Below are positions 16,933-26,555 of a DNA stretch of 64,000 nt, one piece after another. Positions within the stretch are counted from its first letter, which is position 1; the number at the start of each line of letters is the position of its first letter. The notes below the pieces were generated by a model. That model was not told the DNA's origin. It ran no database searches and was given only the letters and a program-made list of their open reading frames with translations. This stretch comes from Budvicia aquatica DSM 5075 = ATCC 35567 (GTDB lineage: Bacteria; Pseudomonadota; Gammaproteobacteria; Enterobacterales; Enterobacteriaceae). The position numbers were made by a program, and so were the translations under genes. Location of the stretch: assembly GCF_000427805.1 (NCBI RefSeq), contig NZ_ATYS01000017.1, positions 1 to 64,000 on the forward strand. Reading direction: 5' to 3'.

Positions 16933-18099
16933 ATGGAGCAAGATATGTTTAATTTTGATTACTATAATCCAACCCGCATTATCTTTGGCAGCCATCGAAT
17001 TAAAGATCTCGATGCACAAATTCCGGCCAATGCCCGAGTTCTTGTCACCTATGGCGGCGGAAGTGCTAAAAAGCACGGCACAATGGATGAAGTTATTCAG
17101 GCTTTAGGTTCACGTAAATATATCGAATTTGGCGGTATAGAGCCGAACCCTCACTATGACACCTTGATGAAGGCAGTCGAGATCGTTAAAACCGAGCAGA
17201 TAGATTATCTGATTGCCGTTGGTGGCGGTTCCGTCATTGATGGTACGAAATTTATTGCTGCCGCGGTGTATTTCGAAGGCGACGCTTGGCAAGCTTGGAT
17301 TGGCAGTACGCCAATTAAAAAAGCCTTACCGGTAGGTTGTGTACTGACCTTGCCAGCAACCGGTTCTGAAATGAACGGAACTTCGGTTATCTCTAATACC
17401 GCATTGAATGCCAAGCTCAGTAACAAGAACCCGCTGCTATTCCCTCAGTTTGCTATATTAGATCCAAGAAAGTCATATACTTTACCGCCACATCAAACGG
17501 CTAATGGCGTTGTCGATGCTTTTATCCATGTGGTAGAACAATATCTGACTTATCCGGTTTACGGTAAAGTTCAAGACCGATACGCCGAAGGCCTAATGCT
17601 CACATTGATCGAAGAAGGCCCTAAAGCGCTGGTAGAGCCTGAAAATTATGACGTCAGAGCAGCTATCATGTGGAGTGCCACTCAGGCCCTCAATGGCCTT
17701 ATAGGCGTCGGTGTTCCGCAAGACTGGTCTTCTCATCGGATGGGATATTACTTCACTATTTACCATGGATTAGACCATGCCCAAACGTTGGCTATTATTC
17801 TGCCGGCAGTTCTTGAAATTCAAAAAGAGTCTAAGCGTCTGAAGCTTCTTCAATATGCAGAACGTGTCTGGGGCTTAACTGATGGTAGCGAAGAACAGCG
17901 AATTAACCATGCAATAAGCCTGACCAGAACGTTTTTTGAGGATATGGGTATTCCGACTTACCTCAGGGCATATGGTATTCCTGAATCATCTATTGATGAA
18001 GCCATTATCTATTTAGAGAAATTTAATTTGTTACCATTAGGTGAACATAAAGATATAGGTGTAATAGAAGTACGAAAAATTCTAAGTTTGAGTTACTAA
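16933..18099 (+). CDS. yqhD: NADPH-dependent aldehyde reductase, Fe-containing alcohol dehydrogenase family (YqhD)
   Basis: Near-collinear with E. coli YqhD (GGGSV.DGTKFIAAA, VLTLPATGSE, HGLDHAQTLAI). The start could instead be the ATG at 16945 (MFNFDY). Confidence 0.85.
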   Translation: MEQDMFNFDYYNPTRIIFGSHRIKDLDAQIPANARVLVTYGGGSAKKHGTMDEVIQALGSRKYIEFGGIEPNPHYDTLMKAVEIVKTEQIDYLIAVGGGSVIDGTKFIAAAVYFEGDAWQAWIGSTPIKKALPVGCVLTLPATGSEMNGTSVISNTALNAKLSNKNPLLFPQFAILDPRKSYTLPPHQTANGVVDAFIHVVEQYLTYPVYGKVQDRYAEGLMLTLIEEGPKALVEPENYDVRAAIMWSATQALNGLIGVGVPQDWSSHRMGYYFTIYHGLDHAQTLAIILPAVLEIQKESKRLKLLQYAERVWGLTDGSEEQRINHAISLTRTFFEDMGIPTYLRAYGIPESSIDEAIIYLEKFNLLPLGEHKDIGVIEVRKILSLSY

Positions 18100-18308
18100 A
18101 ATCAGCCGACAGGACAGAATAACGTTATAAAGACTTGTTCATTTCCTGTCGGCATACTATGATAGTGTTATCACTCGGCTATGCTACTGCTCACAACCCT
18201 GTGTTATATAATCTCCAGATATATTACCACCAGCTGTAACATTTAATTAATGATGTACATGGCCGATCTGGATTCACCTTCCAATTAAATCTATTAAAGT
18301 AAAAAATA

Positions 18309-18521
18309 ATGAGCGATATTGATTATTTAATGATGTTCCGCAAATGTTCAAATCATGACAGTTTAGAGCGCCTATATGACAAACTAAACTATTCTTTAGT
18401 TGATAATAATATTCTTGCCAATATGTATCGTGCTGCCGACCATCGGCGTGCAGAGCTAGTCGCAGGTAAACTGTTCGACTTAGGTAAAGTTCCTAAATCT
18501 CTTTGGTCTCAGGTTAAATAG
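18309..18521 (+). CDS. cnu: Hha/YmoA-family nucleoid-associated protein, closest to Cnu/YdgT
   Basis: DYLMMFRKC...[29 protein letters not shown] matches the YdgT/Cnu signature. No tomB-like gene lies upstream. Confidence 0.75.
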   Translation: MSDIDYLMMFRKCSNHDSLERLYDKLNYSLVDNNILANMYRAADHRRAELVAGKLFDLGKVPKSLWSQVK

Positions 18522-19478
18522 TTCTATATTTACAACTAAAGCTAATGATAAACACATTGTGTTTACCCTTTGTTTTTAGATAGTTATATAAAACCTGATG
18601 CTAAACTGTAAACATTAGACACACTGTCATGTGGTTTTTTACTAATTTGCCCTGCTGTTTGTTTTTTATGCCATTTACTTCATATGTATCATCGTTATTT
18701 AGATATGACTCTCATGTAATAATAGCTATCTCTTAAGGTAGCTATTAGCATTGAGAAACAAATAAAATATTTCTTAATATACCCACTTTGATTTTACGTA
18801 TATTTAATACGGGGTATAAAATTAATCTAAAATTGCACCAAATCAAAGAATAAGGGACTTAATCTGATAAGCACATCAAACGGTCCAACCAAATAAATTA
18901 ACAATTAAAACCAATAAAAAATGAGCTAATAAAGTTTTTAAGCGCAGTATATAGTCAATAATATGAAACAAACTATTCATATATAGTTTGTTTCCACTTG
19001 CGTTTTGTCCAGCTAACACTAACACGCTCTGTTTATCATATATAAACAATGCCGGTTCCGGTTCAGCCCCGAATCCTTGAGTCTGATTATGACAAAATGT
19101 TAATAATTATTTATTTCCATATTTTTCAATAAGTAATCTAATATCATTTAATACCGCAAGGTCCAATTTCTTCAATCTGATTAAAACACAAAAACCTAAC
19201 CACCTTGTTAACCCTTAAAATCTTTAATATTCATCAATATGATGGCTGCTGTCGCAAATTTTATAGATTCAGTGATATTACTCAGCTAGACGCTGCCAGC
19301 AGGAACATCTGAGCAGTTGGCTGGTTAAAAATCGACTCTGATGGCTAGATAAACAAACACGCCCCTACTCTTAACTAAGATCGCCCCAACAGAGCAGACA
19401 AGTAACCCCAAACGCAGGTTAACAACACACCAATTTGCTCAGTTGGTGAACACTCAGGTTAAAGATAACAATTTAGCG

Positions 19479-19507
19479 TTGACAGTCTATGAGTAGCTAG
19501 ATATGAT
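19479..19507 (+). promoter_or_regulatory. Sigma70 promoter of tRNA-Asn copy 1 (TTGACA, 17 nt spacer, TATGAT, GC-rich discriminator)
   Basis: The -35 TTGACA is at 19479-19484 and the -10 TATGAT at 19502-19507. A GC-rich stretch (gattcgcccc) follows before the tRNA. Confidence 0.6.
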
Positions 19508-19525
19508 TCGCCCCGTTCAAACGAT

Positions 19526-19601
19526 TCCTCTGTAGTTCAGTCGGTAGAACGGCGGACTGTTAATCCGTATGTCACTGGTTCGAGTCCAGTCAGAGGAGCC
19601 A
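19526..19601 (+). tRNA. asn tRNA: tRNA-Asn (anticodon GTT)
   Basis: 76 nt, identical in sequence to enterobacterial tRNA-Asn (TCCTCTGTAGTTCAGTCGGTAGAACGGCGGACTGTTAATCCG...GGAGCCA). Encoded CCA. Confidence 0.95.
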
Positions 19602-19653
19602 TATATAGTTTTATGACGTTTAGATGAGTCTAAGCAAGTCATAAAATAGAGTT

Positions 19654-19688
19654 AAAAAAACCAGAGAATAAACCCTCTGGTTTTTTTA
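19654..19688 (+). terminator. Rho-independent terminator after tRNA-Asn copy 1
   Basis: AAAAAAACCAGAG..CTCTGGTTTTTTT. Confidence 0.7.
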
Positions 19689-19818
19689 CGTCTGCAGCAT
19701 TTGCCAACTCACTTATATAAGCTTAATTCATCGATATTGATATACAGCCCGATTCAGAGGGTTGGCTTATCGATACCCTAATCTGGGCTAGGCACAAAAC
19801 CTATACTGACTCAGAGCA

Positions 19819-22368
19819 TCAATATATTGGCATATCCCATTCTTCTAACGGAATCGGGCGCCCAAAGTAATAACCCTGTGCCCTCAGGCAGCCCAACTTA
19901 AACAGTTTCTGCGCCATTTCTTGTGTTTCGATACCTTCGGCTATCAATGGTACCGATAAGCCGTCAGCTAACCGGATAACGGCTGAAATGATAGCTTCAC
20001 TCTTAGCGCTATTCAGCACGCTGCTGACAAAATCACGGTCGATCTTCAAACAGTCGAAATTCAGGTTATGCAGGTATGAAAGGCTCGAAAAACCAGAACC
20101 AAAATCATCAATTGCAATCGAGATACCGAAAGCGCGAATCCGCGTTAATTGATCCTTAATCACTGGATTGCTTTCCATAATCAGCGATTCGGTAATTTCT
20201 AAGGTGAGGTTTTTAGGCGATAGATTAAACTCATCCAAAACAGTCGTAATATAGCCATAGAAGTCAGGCTGCATCAGTTGCCGCACGGATACGTTGATGT
20301 GAAGTTCAAAGTCCGCCGGCCAGCCGGCTTTTATTTTTTCTGACAGTTGACGACACGACTCATGCAAAACCCACCGCCCAATCGATAAAATCAAACCGGA
20401 CTCCTCAGCCAGCGGGATAAATATATAAGGGGCCACCATGCCATATACTTTGCTGTTCCAACGTATCAACGCTTCAGCCCCAATCACTGAGCTATCTTCA
20501 AGTTTGACTATCGGTTGAAAATAGACCAGAAACTCATTGTTGGTCATCGCCTGGTTTAAATTAGTCAGCATACGGGTGTTATTCACGGCTATAGTCATCA
20601 TATCCGGGTGATAGACTTCATAGGCACCGCTGCCTTTTTTTCTCGCCGCAGCCAGTGCAACAGAGGCATTACGCAGATTATCATTCAGCGCTTTATCATC
20701 GAACTCACCGTTAACAAAACCAATATTCCCAACAAATAGCAAATGCTCGCCTTCATCACTACTTAAGCTAGAAAAGATATCGATATATTTCTTAATTTCT
20801 AGCGAACAAATCTTATGCTCAAAGCTATAGGGATAACAAATCGCAAACTCAGAATCATTGATTCGGGCAAGAAGCGCATTGACGGGTACCGTTTCCAAAA
20901 GGCGTTTAACAAACTCACGCAGGAGTGATTCCCCTTGTTTATATCCAAGAGTGTTATTGATTTCATTTACGTTATCTAAGCTTATCAATATCAATCCTTT
21001 CCAGAGATTCTGTTCTTCCTGAGTTGCTAATTCACGCATTCTTTCCATTAAGCCTTCTTTACTCAATAACCCGGTTATTGAGTCGTAGTAGACCTGACGT
21101 TTTAAACTGGAGAAGGCCTTAGAAAGGGTTAAGGACATATCATTGAAGGCATCATTTAGCAGTTTGATCTCCTTAAGTTCAAACCGGGTCTCTTTTGCCG
21201 GTACCCACTTGAGCTTGGCAATAAGCCTCGCCTGTTTAGCAACCTCTAAAATCGGGGCCGTTATTTTAGCTAACGTGATCCATGCCAGGGTGACGCCAAT
21301 GATAAAAATAAGCACCACTGAAAAGATGGTAATTATCCGGTCTTTATTGAATATACCGACCAAATCATTTTGCGGGACAATAACGGCCATACGCCAGTTT
21401 TGCAGGCCAAGTTCTTCCCCCACGGGAACAACACGTACATAAAAAATTTCATCATCAACATCAAAGGTAATTTTAGTGATATTACGATCGGCCAGATAAG
21501 GGGCAATACTGCGTATAATTTTGCTGTCACTGTCTGCCGGAGACATTAATCGCGCATTTTCCAAACTGGCCAAACCCTGAGATGTCGCCAACACCTCTTT
21601 TTCTACCGTTGAATGGGAAATAATTTTATTATCGCCATTTACAATAAAAATAACCCCGTGACCTAAATTAGGTATCTCTCTGAGATAGTGATTGAATTTC
21701 TCCAGCTTAATGTCGCTGGAGACTACGCCAACGTAACGCTTATTCACATCATAAATCGGGCTATTGTATGAAATGCTAATCCCTTTGAGATCGTCTATAT
21801 CTTGGTAGGCAACGCTCCAGGATGAGAGCTTATTTTTATCTGCGTCACGATACCAAGAGCGCATACGGGGGTCATAATGATGAATTGCATTACGTACCGG
21901 ACTCTCCATTGATATTCCGGAATAAAAATTCAACACGCCGTCCGTTCTGGAATCTTTCAAAATAAGCATAAAGCTGTCTGCCTGAGCCCCTCTGCTTACA
22001 CCGATATAATCCCCATTGGTCGAACCGAAAGCGACAAGGCTTAATTGAGGGGAATACGGAAATATTCGCCGCAATGTTCTTCTTAGCGGAGACTCAAACT
22101 CCTGCAGGTCTTCCAGATCGTCGGTTAAAATCTCGCGCATGGCCATTTCAACGGCGGCGTTAGACTGAACAGGGACTTTAAGAAAGTTAAATAAGTTATT
22201 CTGAACGGTTTCGATCTGGGCTGAGGTTATTTTTTCACCCAGTCCGTTAAATATCAGGTTTTCATTTCGCAGTTGTAAAAAGATGGCCGAACCAAACATG
22301 ATGGTCAAAATAAAAACAAAAAGCGATGTCACTACCAGCTTTAAAGATACTGTATTTAGTACTCGCAC
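19819..22368 (-). CDS. Membrane sensor GGDEF-EAL protein (periplasmic dCache-like domain, HAMP, degenerate GGDEF, intact EAL); probable c-di-GMP phosphodiesterase
   Basis: Two TM helices flank a ~300 aa periplasmic region. The GGDEF signature position reads NDSEF, which is degenerate. EAL motifs are intact (EALIRW, DDFGSGFSSL, KIDRDFV, EGIETQE). Confidence 0.85.
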   Translation of the reverse strand: MRVLNTVSLKLVVTSLFVFILTIMFGSAIFLQLRNENLIFNGLGEKITSAQIETVQNNLFNFLKVPVQSNAAVEMAMREILTDDLEDLQEFESPLRRTLRRIFPYSPQLSLVAFGSTNGDYIGVSRGAQADSFMLILKDSRTDGVLNFYSGISMESPVRNAIHHYDPRMRSWYRDADKNKLSSWSVAYQDIDDLKGISISYNSPIYDVNKRYVGVVSSDIKLEKFNHYLREIPNLGHGVIFIVNGDNKIISHSTVEKEVLATSQGLASLENARLMSPADSDSKIIRSIAPYLADRNITKITFDVDDEIFYVRVVPVGEELGLQNWRMAVIVPQNDLVGIFNKDRIITIFSVVLIFIIGVTLAWITLAKITAPILEVAKQARLIAKLKWVPAKETRFELKEIKLLNDAFNDMSLTLSKAFSSLKRQVYYDSITGLLSKEGLMERMRELATQEEQNLWKGLILISLDNVNEINNTLGYKQGESLLREFVKRLLETVPVNALLARINDSEFAICYPYSFEHKICSLEIKKYIDIFSSLSSDEGEHLLFVGNIGFVNGEFDDKALNDNLRNASVALAAARKKGSGAYEVYHPDMMTIAVNNTRMLTNLNQAMTNNEFLVYFQPIVKLEDSSVIGAEALIRWNSKVYGMVAPYIFIPLAEESGLILSIGRWVLHESCRQLSEKIKAGWPADFELHINVSVRQLMQPDFYGYITTVLDEFNLSPKNLTLEITESLIMESNPVIKDQLTRIRAFGISIAIDDFGSGFSSLSYLHNLNFDCLKIDRDFVSSVLNSAKSEAIISAVIRLADGLSVPLIAEGIETQEMAQKLFKLGCLRAQGYYFGRPIPLEEWDMPIY

Positions 22369-22762
22369 ATACCCACCATATCTAGTGAAAAAACAATCTA
22401 TTATAGCTTAGTTTGAGCAAATCCTTCTGGCCTTGTTGCCCCGACAGTCCTGCGATACTAACTGCCCATGGCTCCCTGCTATTAAGTCTATATTACTTTC
22501 AGTCACAACCGGGCTGATTCAAGAAATATTCTTGAATTACTGACGTAAACACCCAACAGGTAATAATTATCTTACGGTACCCATCCCGCTAGTCATTTTT
22601 ATTCGTAGTCACTAAATTTAAACAGAACCGCTATTAGAGGATTTGGCTTTTTTATCATTGGAATAAATCAATAGCAGACTCACTAAATGACTAAAATAGA
22701 AACACTCATCAGCTTAATTGCACGAAGTATAAGCAAACGAGCCGGATTCACTTTTAGAGCAG

Positions 22763-22791
22763 TTGACAGTACCACTGTTGGCGGATATGAT
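22763..22791 (+). promoter_or_regulatory. Sigma70 promoter of tRNA-Asn copy 2 (TTGACA, 17 nt spacer, TATGAT)
   Basis: Same architecture as the copy-1 promoter, and the leader sequence is duplicated. Confidence 0.6.
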
Positions 22792-22809
22792 TCGTTCCGT
22801 TCAAACGAT

Positions 22810-22885
22810 TCCTCTGTAGTTCAGTCGGTAGAACGGCGGACTGTTAATCCGTATGTCACTGGTTCAAGTCCAGTCAGAGGAGCCA
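22810..22885 (+). tRNA. asn tRNA: tRNA-Asn (anticodon GTT), second copy with one T-loop substitution
   Basis: Identical to copy 1 except a G-to-A change in the T-loop (TTCAAGT versus TTCGAGT). Confidence 0.93.
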
Positions 22886-22941
22886 TATTAGATTTCAAGA
22901 AGTTCAGATGAGTCTGAACAGCTCTTGAGATTAGACAGTTT

Positions 22942-22977
22942 AAAACCCCGGAATGGTGACATTCCGGGGTTTTTTAA
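22942..22977 (+). terminator. Rho-independent terminator after tRNA-Asn copy 2
   Basis: AACCCCGGAATG..CATTCCGGGGTTTTTT. Confidence 0.7.
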
Positions 22978-23065
22978 TATCTGGTCATTAGTATTGTGCT
23001 TCATCGGTAACCTTTCCCTCACTCCATTAGCCAGGCGGGCAATCACAGGTAATTCTCATTGAAAG

Positions 23066-23127
23066 AAAAAGCCCCGATAAACTGTCGGAGCCTTTAGGTT
23101 ACTGCATTCTTAGAAATTAACATTAAC
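23066..23127 (+). repeat. ~60-bp intergenic repeat, copy A (AAAAAGCCCCGAnnAAnTGTCnGnGCnTTTAGGTTACTGCATnCTTAGAAnTTAACATTAA)
   Basis: About 85% identical to copy B at 30596-30657 in the same orientation. Begins with a hairpin-like GCCCCG...GGGC segment. Confidence 0.7.
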
Positions 23128-23310
23128 CAATATTAATTTATTCAATCAACCCGGCTAACGTAAGTTTTAACCTTAATTTACTCAGAGTTTTTATTTTTAA
23201 TACCCAGTCTCGTTACCCTGCCATGTTAATTAAAAATAAAATCAGCCAGCCAAAATTGATTTAATCGATAATGCTATTTTCATTAAATGTGAAAAGGAAA
23301 AAGGGAATAA

Positions 23311-24033
23311 TTAATGGCCTCCCTCTTCTTTTGGTACGACTTCTTCTTTTGGTACAAATAGCACCTTAGCTAATAACATACATGTTACAACACAAATAAT
23401 GATCGAGGCATATCCTCCACCAAAGGGTAACACGGTAAAAATACCTAATATACTTAATAACTTAACAATAAAAATAACCGGTAAAGCACTTAGCGATAAT
23501 CTTAATGGACTATTTAATAACCTATCCATAAAGAGCGCGCCAAAAAGTGCTGGTAATAAAAACTGTAATGCATCCAGTATTGCTTGAGGAAGGTGCTCAA
23601 TGATCACTTGCCCGGCAACGGCAAGAAATGTCATTAAAGTCAGACTGATAAATATAGAAACTGAAATCCCAATAGCGGTAATAATAGTGCCTTCCGGCGT
23701 TCCTAATTGATACCCTGCAGCGTTCAGAGCCTGAGTTGCAGCAGGAACCCGGACCTCTTTGGTATTCCCGGCCATATAGGATAAATAGAGCCCGGGAACC
23801 CCAAAGATAGATTGCAGTGACATTGGGTCGACAATATACCATGGCAATAAAATAGATAGCATCGAGACCATACCCGTAAAAATACTATCTGCCGTTGGCT
23901 GGGCATCAAAATAAAATAATAAAACTAACACAGGTAAATAGGCCACCAGTAATACTGAACGAGTGCACCATTTTCCGCGGCTAACAATATAAGGCATGTA
24001 GTCTTTTTCAAAAATATCACTTTTCGTTTTCAT
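23311..24033 (-). CDS. Polytopic inner-membrane protein (240 aa), putative transporter subunit
   Basis: Multiple hydrophobic helices. The stop lies about 16 bp before the next membrane-protein gene. Last gene of the sigma54 operon. Confidence 0.5.
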   Translation of the reverse strand: MKTKSDIFEKDYMPYIVSRGKWCTRSVLLVAYLPVLVLLFYFDAQPTADSIFTGMVSMLSILLPWYIVDPMSLQSIFGVPGLYLSYMAGNTKEVRVPAATQALNAAGYQLGTPEGTIITAIGISVSIFISLTLMTFLAVAGQVIIEHLPQAILDALQFLLPALFGALFMDRLLNSPLRLSLSALPVIFIVKLLSILGIFTVLPFGGGYASIIICVVTCMLLAKVLFVPKEEVVPKEEGGH

Positions 24034-24048
24034 TATTATGGTCCATTT

Positions 24049-24795
24049 TTATTTAGCGATCACAGCCACAGTCATTCCGATGACCATACAAATGGTTAAT
24101 CCCCATTCTTTTAACCATTGAATATTTGCTTTTCGATTATAAAGAGTAATACCAGCCATTGCGGACGCAGAGGAAATAATGGCTAGGGTATTGGCTCCTA
24201 AGGGATAACCAAAGTTCATGGTTAATGCACCAAAGCTACCAATCAATGCACCACTGCCAATGATTGGAATCAGGTGAACATTGCCTCCGGATATAACCTT
24301 ATTCACTTTATCCATTCGATGAGCGAAGAATGAAACAAATAATAAGAATGGTAGCCCACATGTCGTCATTACAATGGCCGCCGCACAGAGATAGCTGGCA
24401 TTAAGTTCACTTTTACCTAACGTTAATCCCATTCCATCAGCGGTAAAAGCGGCTTCCATAAGGGCATCGGCAACAGAGCCAATGAAATCAACCCTCATCC
24501 AGGCCATCGGGGCACCGACATACAACATCAGTGTCAGAATGCCTGACAACATCATAAAACAAGGGCCAATTGATGCAATTGATGCCCCCCGAATGGCACT
24601 GCTGACTTTAGCATCAGAAATGCCAATCTCTTTTGCCGTGCGTAAACTTTTTCTGAAAAATAGAAAAGCTTGAGCGAAAACAAAACAGAGTGCGGGAGCT
24701 GCTGCCATCCATAAAATCCAGCTATTGGCAATGTCGCTATACTGTTCTGTCATATCACTCCCCTTCTTCCATCTTGAAGCAGAAGGTGCATACAT
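24049..24795 (-). CDS. Polytopic inner-membrane protein (248 aa), putative transporter subunit
   Basis: Hydrophobic helices throughout. Overlaps the upstream small-protein gene by about 40 bp. Confidence 0.5.
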   Translation of the reverse strand: MYAPSASRWKKGSDMTEQYSDIANSWILWMAAAPALCFVFAQAFLFFRKSLRTAKEIGISDAKVSSAIRGASIASIGPCFMMLSGILTLMLYVGAPMAWMRVDFIGSVADALMEAAFTADGMGLTLGKSELNASYLCAAAIVMTTCGLPFLLFVSFFAHRMDKVNKVISGGNVHLIPIIGSGALIGSFGALTMNFGYPLGANTLAIISSASAMAGITLYNRKANIQWLKEWGLTICMVIGMTVAVIAK

Positions 24796-25255
24796 TATCG
24801 GTAAAGAAATGTTTTTGGTGGATGCATTTCAACTTCGGATTAAAGCCATATGCAATAGACGGATCAATCATTTCACAATAGAGCATGCCATATTTTTCCA
24901 TGCCCAATTTCTGAAATTCACTGGCAAAAACACAGCGCGTAAAAAGCTGTTCTACATATCCATCACCATAACTATCAACGCTCTCAAATTCATCGCTACG
25001 GTCCATGTCATAGCTGACTAAATAATTGTCGCTGTCATTTTTTTGTCCGCGAGCATGGGCTCTTCTGGCAATATCTTTTCCTCGCTCCTCGCCAAATTTC
25101 CAGACACCTCGCTTAATAGCCTCTTCACCTTTTTCACCAAACTCATCAACAACCTCTTTGGCTAATGCAACAAACATTCTGGCAAACATTTGATACATAG
25201 ATACAGGCTCTAAATCATCGGCGATTTTATTACTTTCTACTTTATGATCTTTCAT
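24755..25255 (-). CDS. Small cytoplasmic Cys-rich protein (166 aa); possibly an L-2-amino-thiazoline-4-carboxylate (ATC) hydrolase-like enzyme
   Basis: Soluble, with a C-terminal cysteine cluster (CEMIDP...CIHQKHFFTDNVCTFC). The ATC-hydrolase assignment rests only on gene context with an M20 carbamoylase and is speculative. Confidence 0.4.
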   Translation of the reverse strand: MKDHKVESNKIADDLEPVSMYQMFARMFVALAKEVVDEFGEKGEEAIKRGVWKFGEERGKDIARRAHARGQKNDSDNYLVSYDMDRSDEFESVDSYGDGYVEQLFTRCVFASEFQKLGMEKYGMLYCEMIDPSIAYGFNPKLKCIHQKHFFTDNVCTFCFKMEEGE

Positions 25256-25314
25256 GAGTTATTCCTTATTTAATGATTAACGTGTTTATAACGGTATATT
25301 TACGATACAAATAA

Positions 25315-26547
25315 TTAGCTCTGGTCTAATGCAATCATGGTGTGAAATAACACCTCGGTTCCCTTTGCCATATTTTCCCAAGTAACATTTTCATCAGGAT
25401 GATGAGTGATGCCCTTATAGCAGGGCACAAACAGCATGGCTGACGGGCAAACTCCCGCCATAATCATGGCGTCATGGCCCGCGCCACTATTCATGTGTCG
25501 ATATGATAAATTGAGTTTTTCGCATGAATGAATAATCAGCTGTCTTAATGCTTCATTCATCACTACCGGAGATTTATAAGAAATATTGTTAATATCAAAT
25601 GCAGTATTACATTCTTGTTGAATTAATAACGCTTGCTGATGAATATACCTGTCAATATCTTCAAGAATTTTTGCATCGCCAGAGCGGATATCTAAGGTAA
25701 ATTGGCATTGATTTGGAATACAGTTAGCGGAATTAGGCTGCAGTGAAAATTTTCCTACCGTTAACGTTGCACTATCAGCGTATTGACGAAGAATAAAACG
25801 ATTAAGCTCAGTGACGAATAAACAGCCGGCCACCCCCGCATCTTGCCGCAAGGTCATGGGTACCGTTCCGGCATGGCCAGCAAATCCGGTAATTGTAATT
25901 ACCATTTGCTGTATAGCGACGATACTATCGACAATACCAATATCAATATTGGTTGCTTCTAATACCGGCCCTTGTTCATCGTGCAGCTCTAAAAAAGCTT
26001 TGATCGACTCCGGAGCGCGGAAAGCGGGTTGAACAACCCGATGACCTAAATAGTCTGTGAGCACTTCGCGTAGGCTATTTCCCCGATCGTTATACAGCCG
26101 ATCTTTATCCTGCTCGGAAAACTCTCCGGAAATAAACCGGCTGCCTAACAACACCGTCCCAAAATGAGTGCCTTCTTCTTCAACCGTTGCCAATACTTCA
26201 ACGCTATGGCTTAACTGAATATTGTTTTCTTTTAGTATTCTAACGGCTTCTAGCGCACACACTACGCCGGCAATACCATCAAATGCGCCTGAGTTTCTGA
26301 CTGTATCGAGATGAGAGCCACTGACAATGCTCGGTAATGCCGGATCTTTTCCTAGCAAGATCCCATACACATTGCCCACATCATCTTCTTTAATAATCAG
26401 CCCGATTTCCTGCATCTGTTGCTTAAGATATTCCACACCCTGTCGGTATGTAGCAGTAAGCCCAATTCGGGTCACGCCACCATTACAGGGCTCTGAAATA
26501 TGACGCAGTGTCTCAATATCTTTTTTTAAACGTGATTGATTCGCCAT
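25315..26547 (-). CDS. M20-family amidohydrolase of the N-carbamoyl-L-amino-acid hydrolase / allantoate amidohydrolase (hydantoinase-carbamoylase) group
   Basis: Metal-binding motif signature (GSHLDTV...DGIAGV, EEEG, GHAG...). At 410 aa the length is typical of AmaB/AllC-type dimeric M20 enzymes. Confidence 0.75.
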   Translation of the reverse strand: MANQSRLKKDIETLRHISEPCNGGVTRIGLTATYRQGVEYLKQQMQEIGLIIKEDDVGNVYGILLGKDPALPSIVSGSHLDTVRNSGAFDGIAGVVCALEAVRILKENNIQLSHSVEVLATVEEEGTHFGTVLLGSRFISGEFSEQDKDRLYNDRGNSLREVLTDYLGHRVVQPAFRAPESIKAFLELHDEQGPVLEATNIDIGIVDSIVAIQQMVITITGFAGHAGTVPMTLRQDAGVAGCLFVTELNRFILRQYADSATLTVGKFSLQPNSANCIPNQCQFTLDIRSGDAKILEDIDRYIHQQALLIQQECNTAFDINNISYKSPVVMNEALRQLIIHSCEKLNLSYRHMNSGAGHDAMIMAGVCPSAMLFVPCYKGITHHPDENVTWENMAKGTEVLFHTMIALDQS

Positions 26548-26555
26548 AACGCCGC

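Noticed and set aside
22687-22911. 74-aa ORF overlapping tRNA-Asn copy 2
   Set aside because: Its translation is just the tRNA and leader read in frame. It has no RBS and the sequence is a duplicate of the structural RNA.
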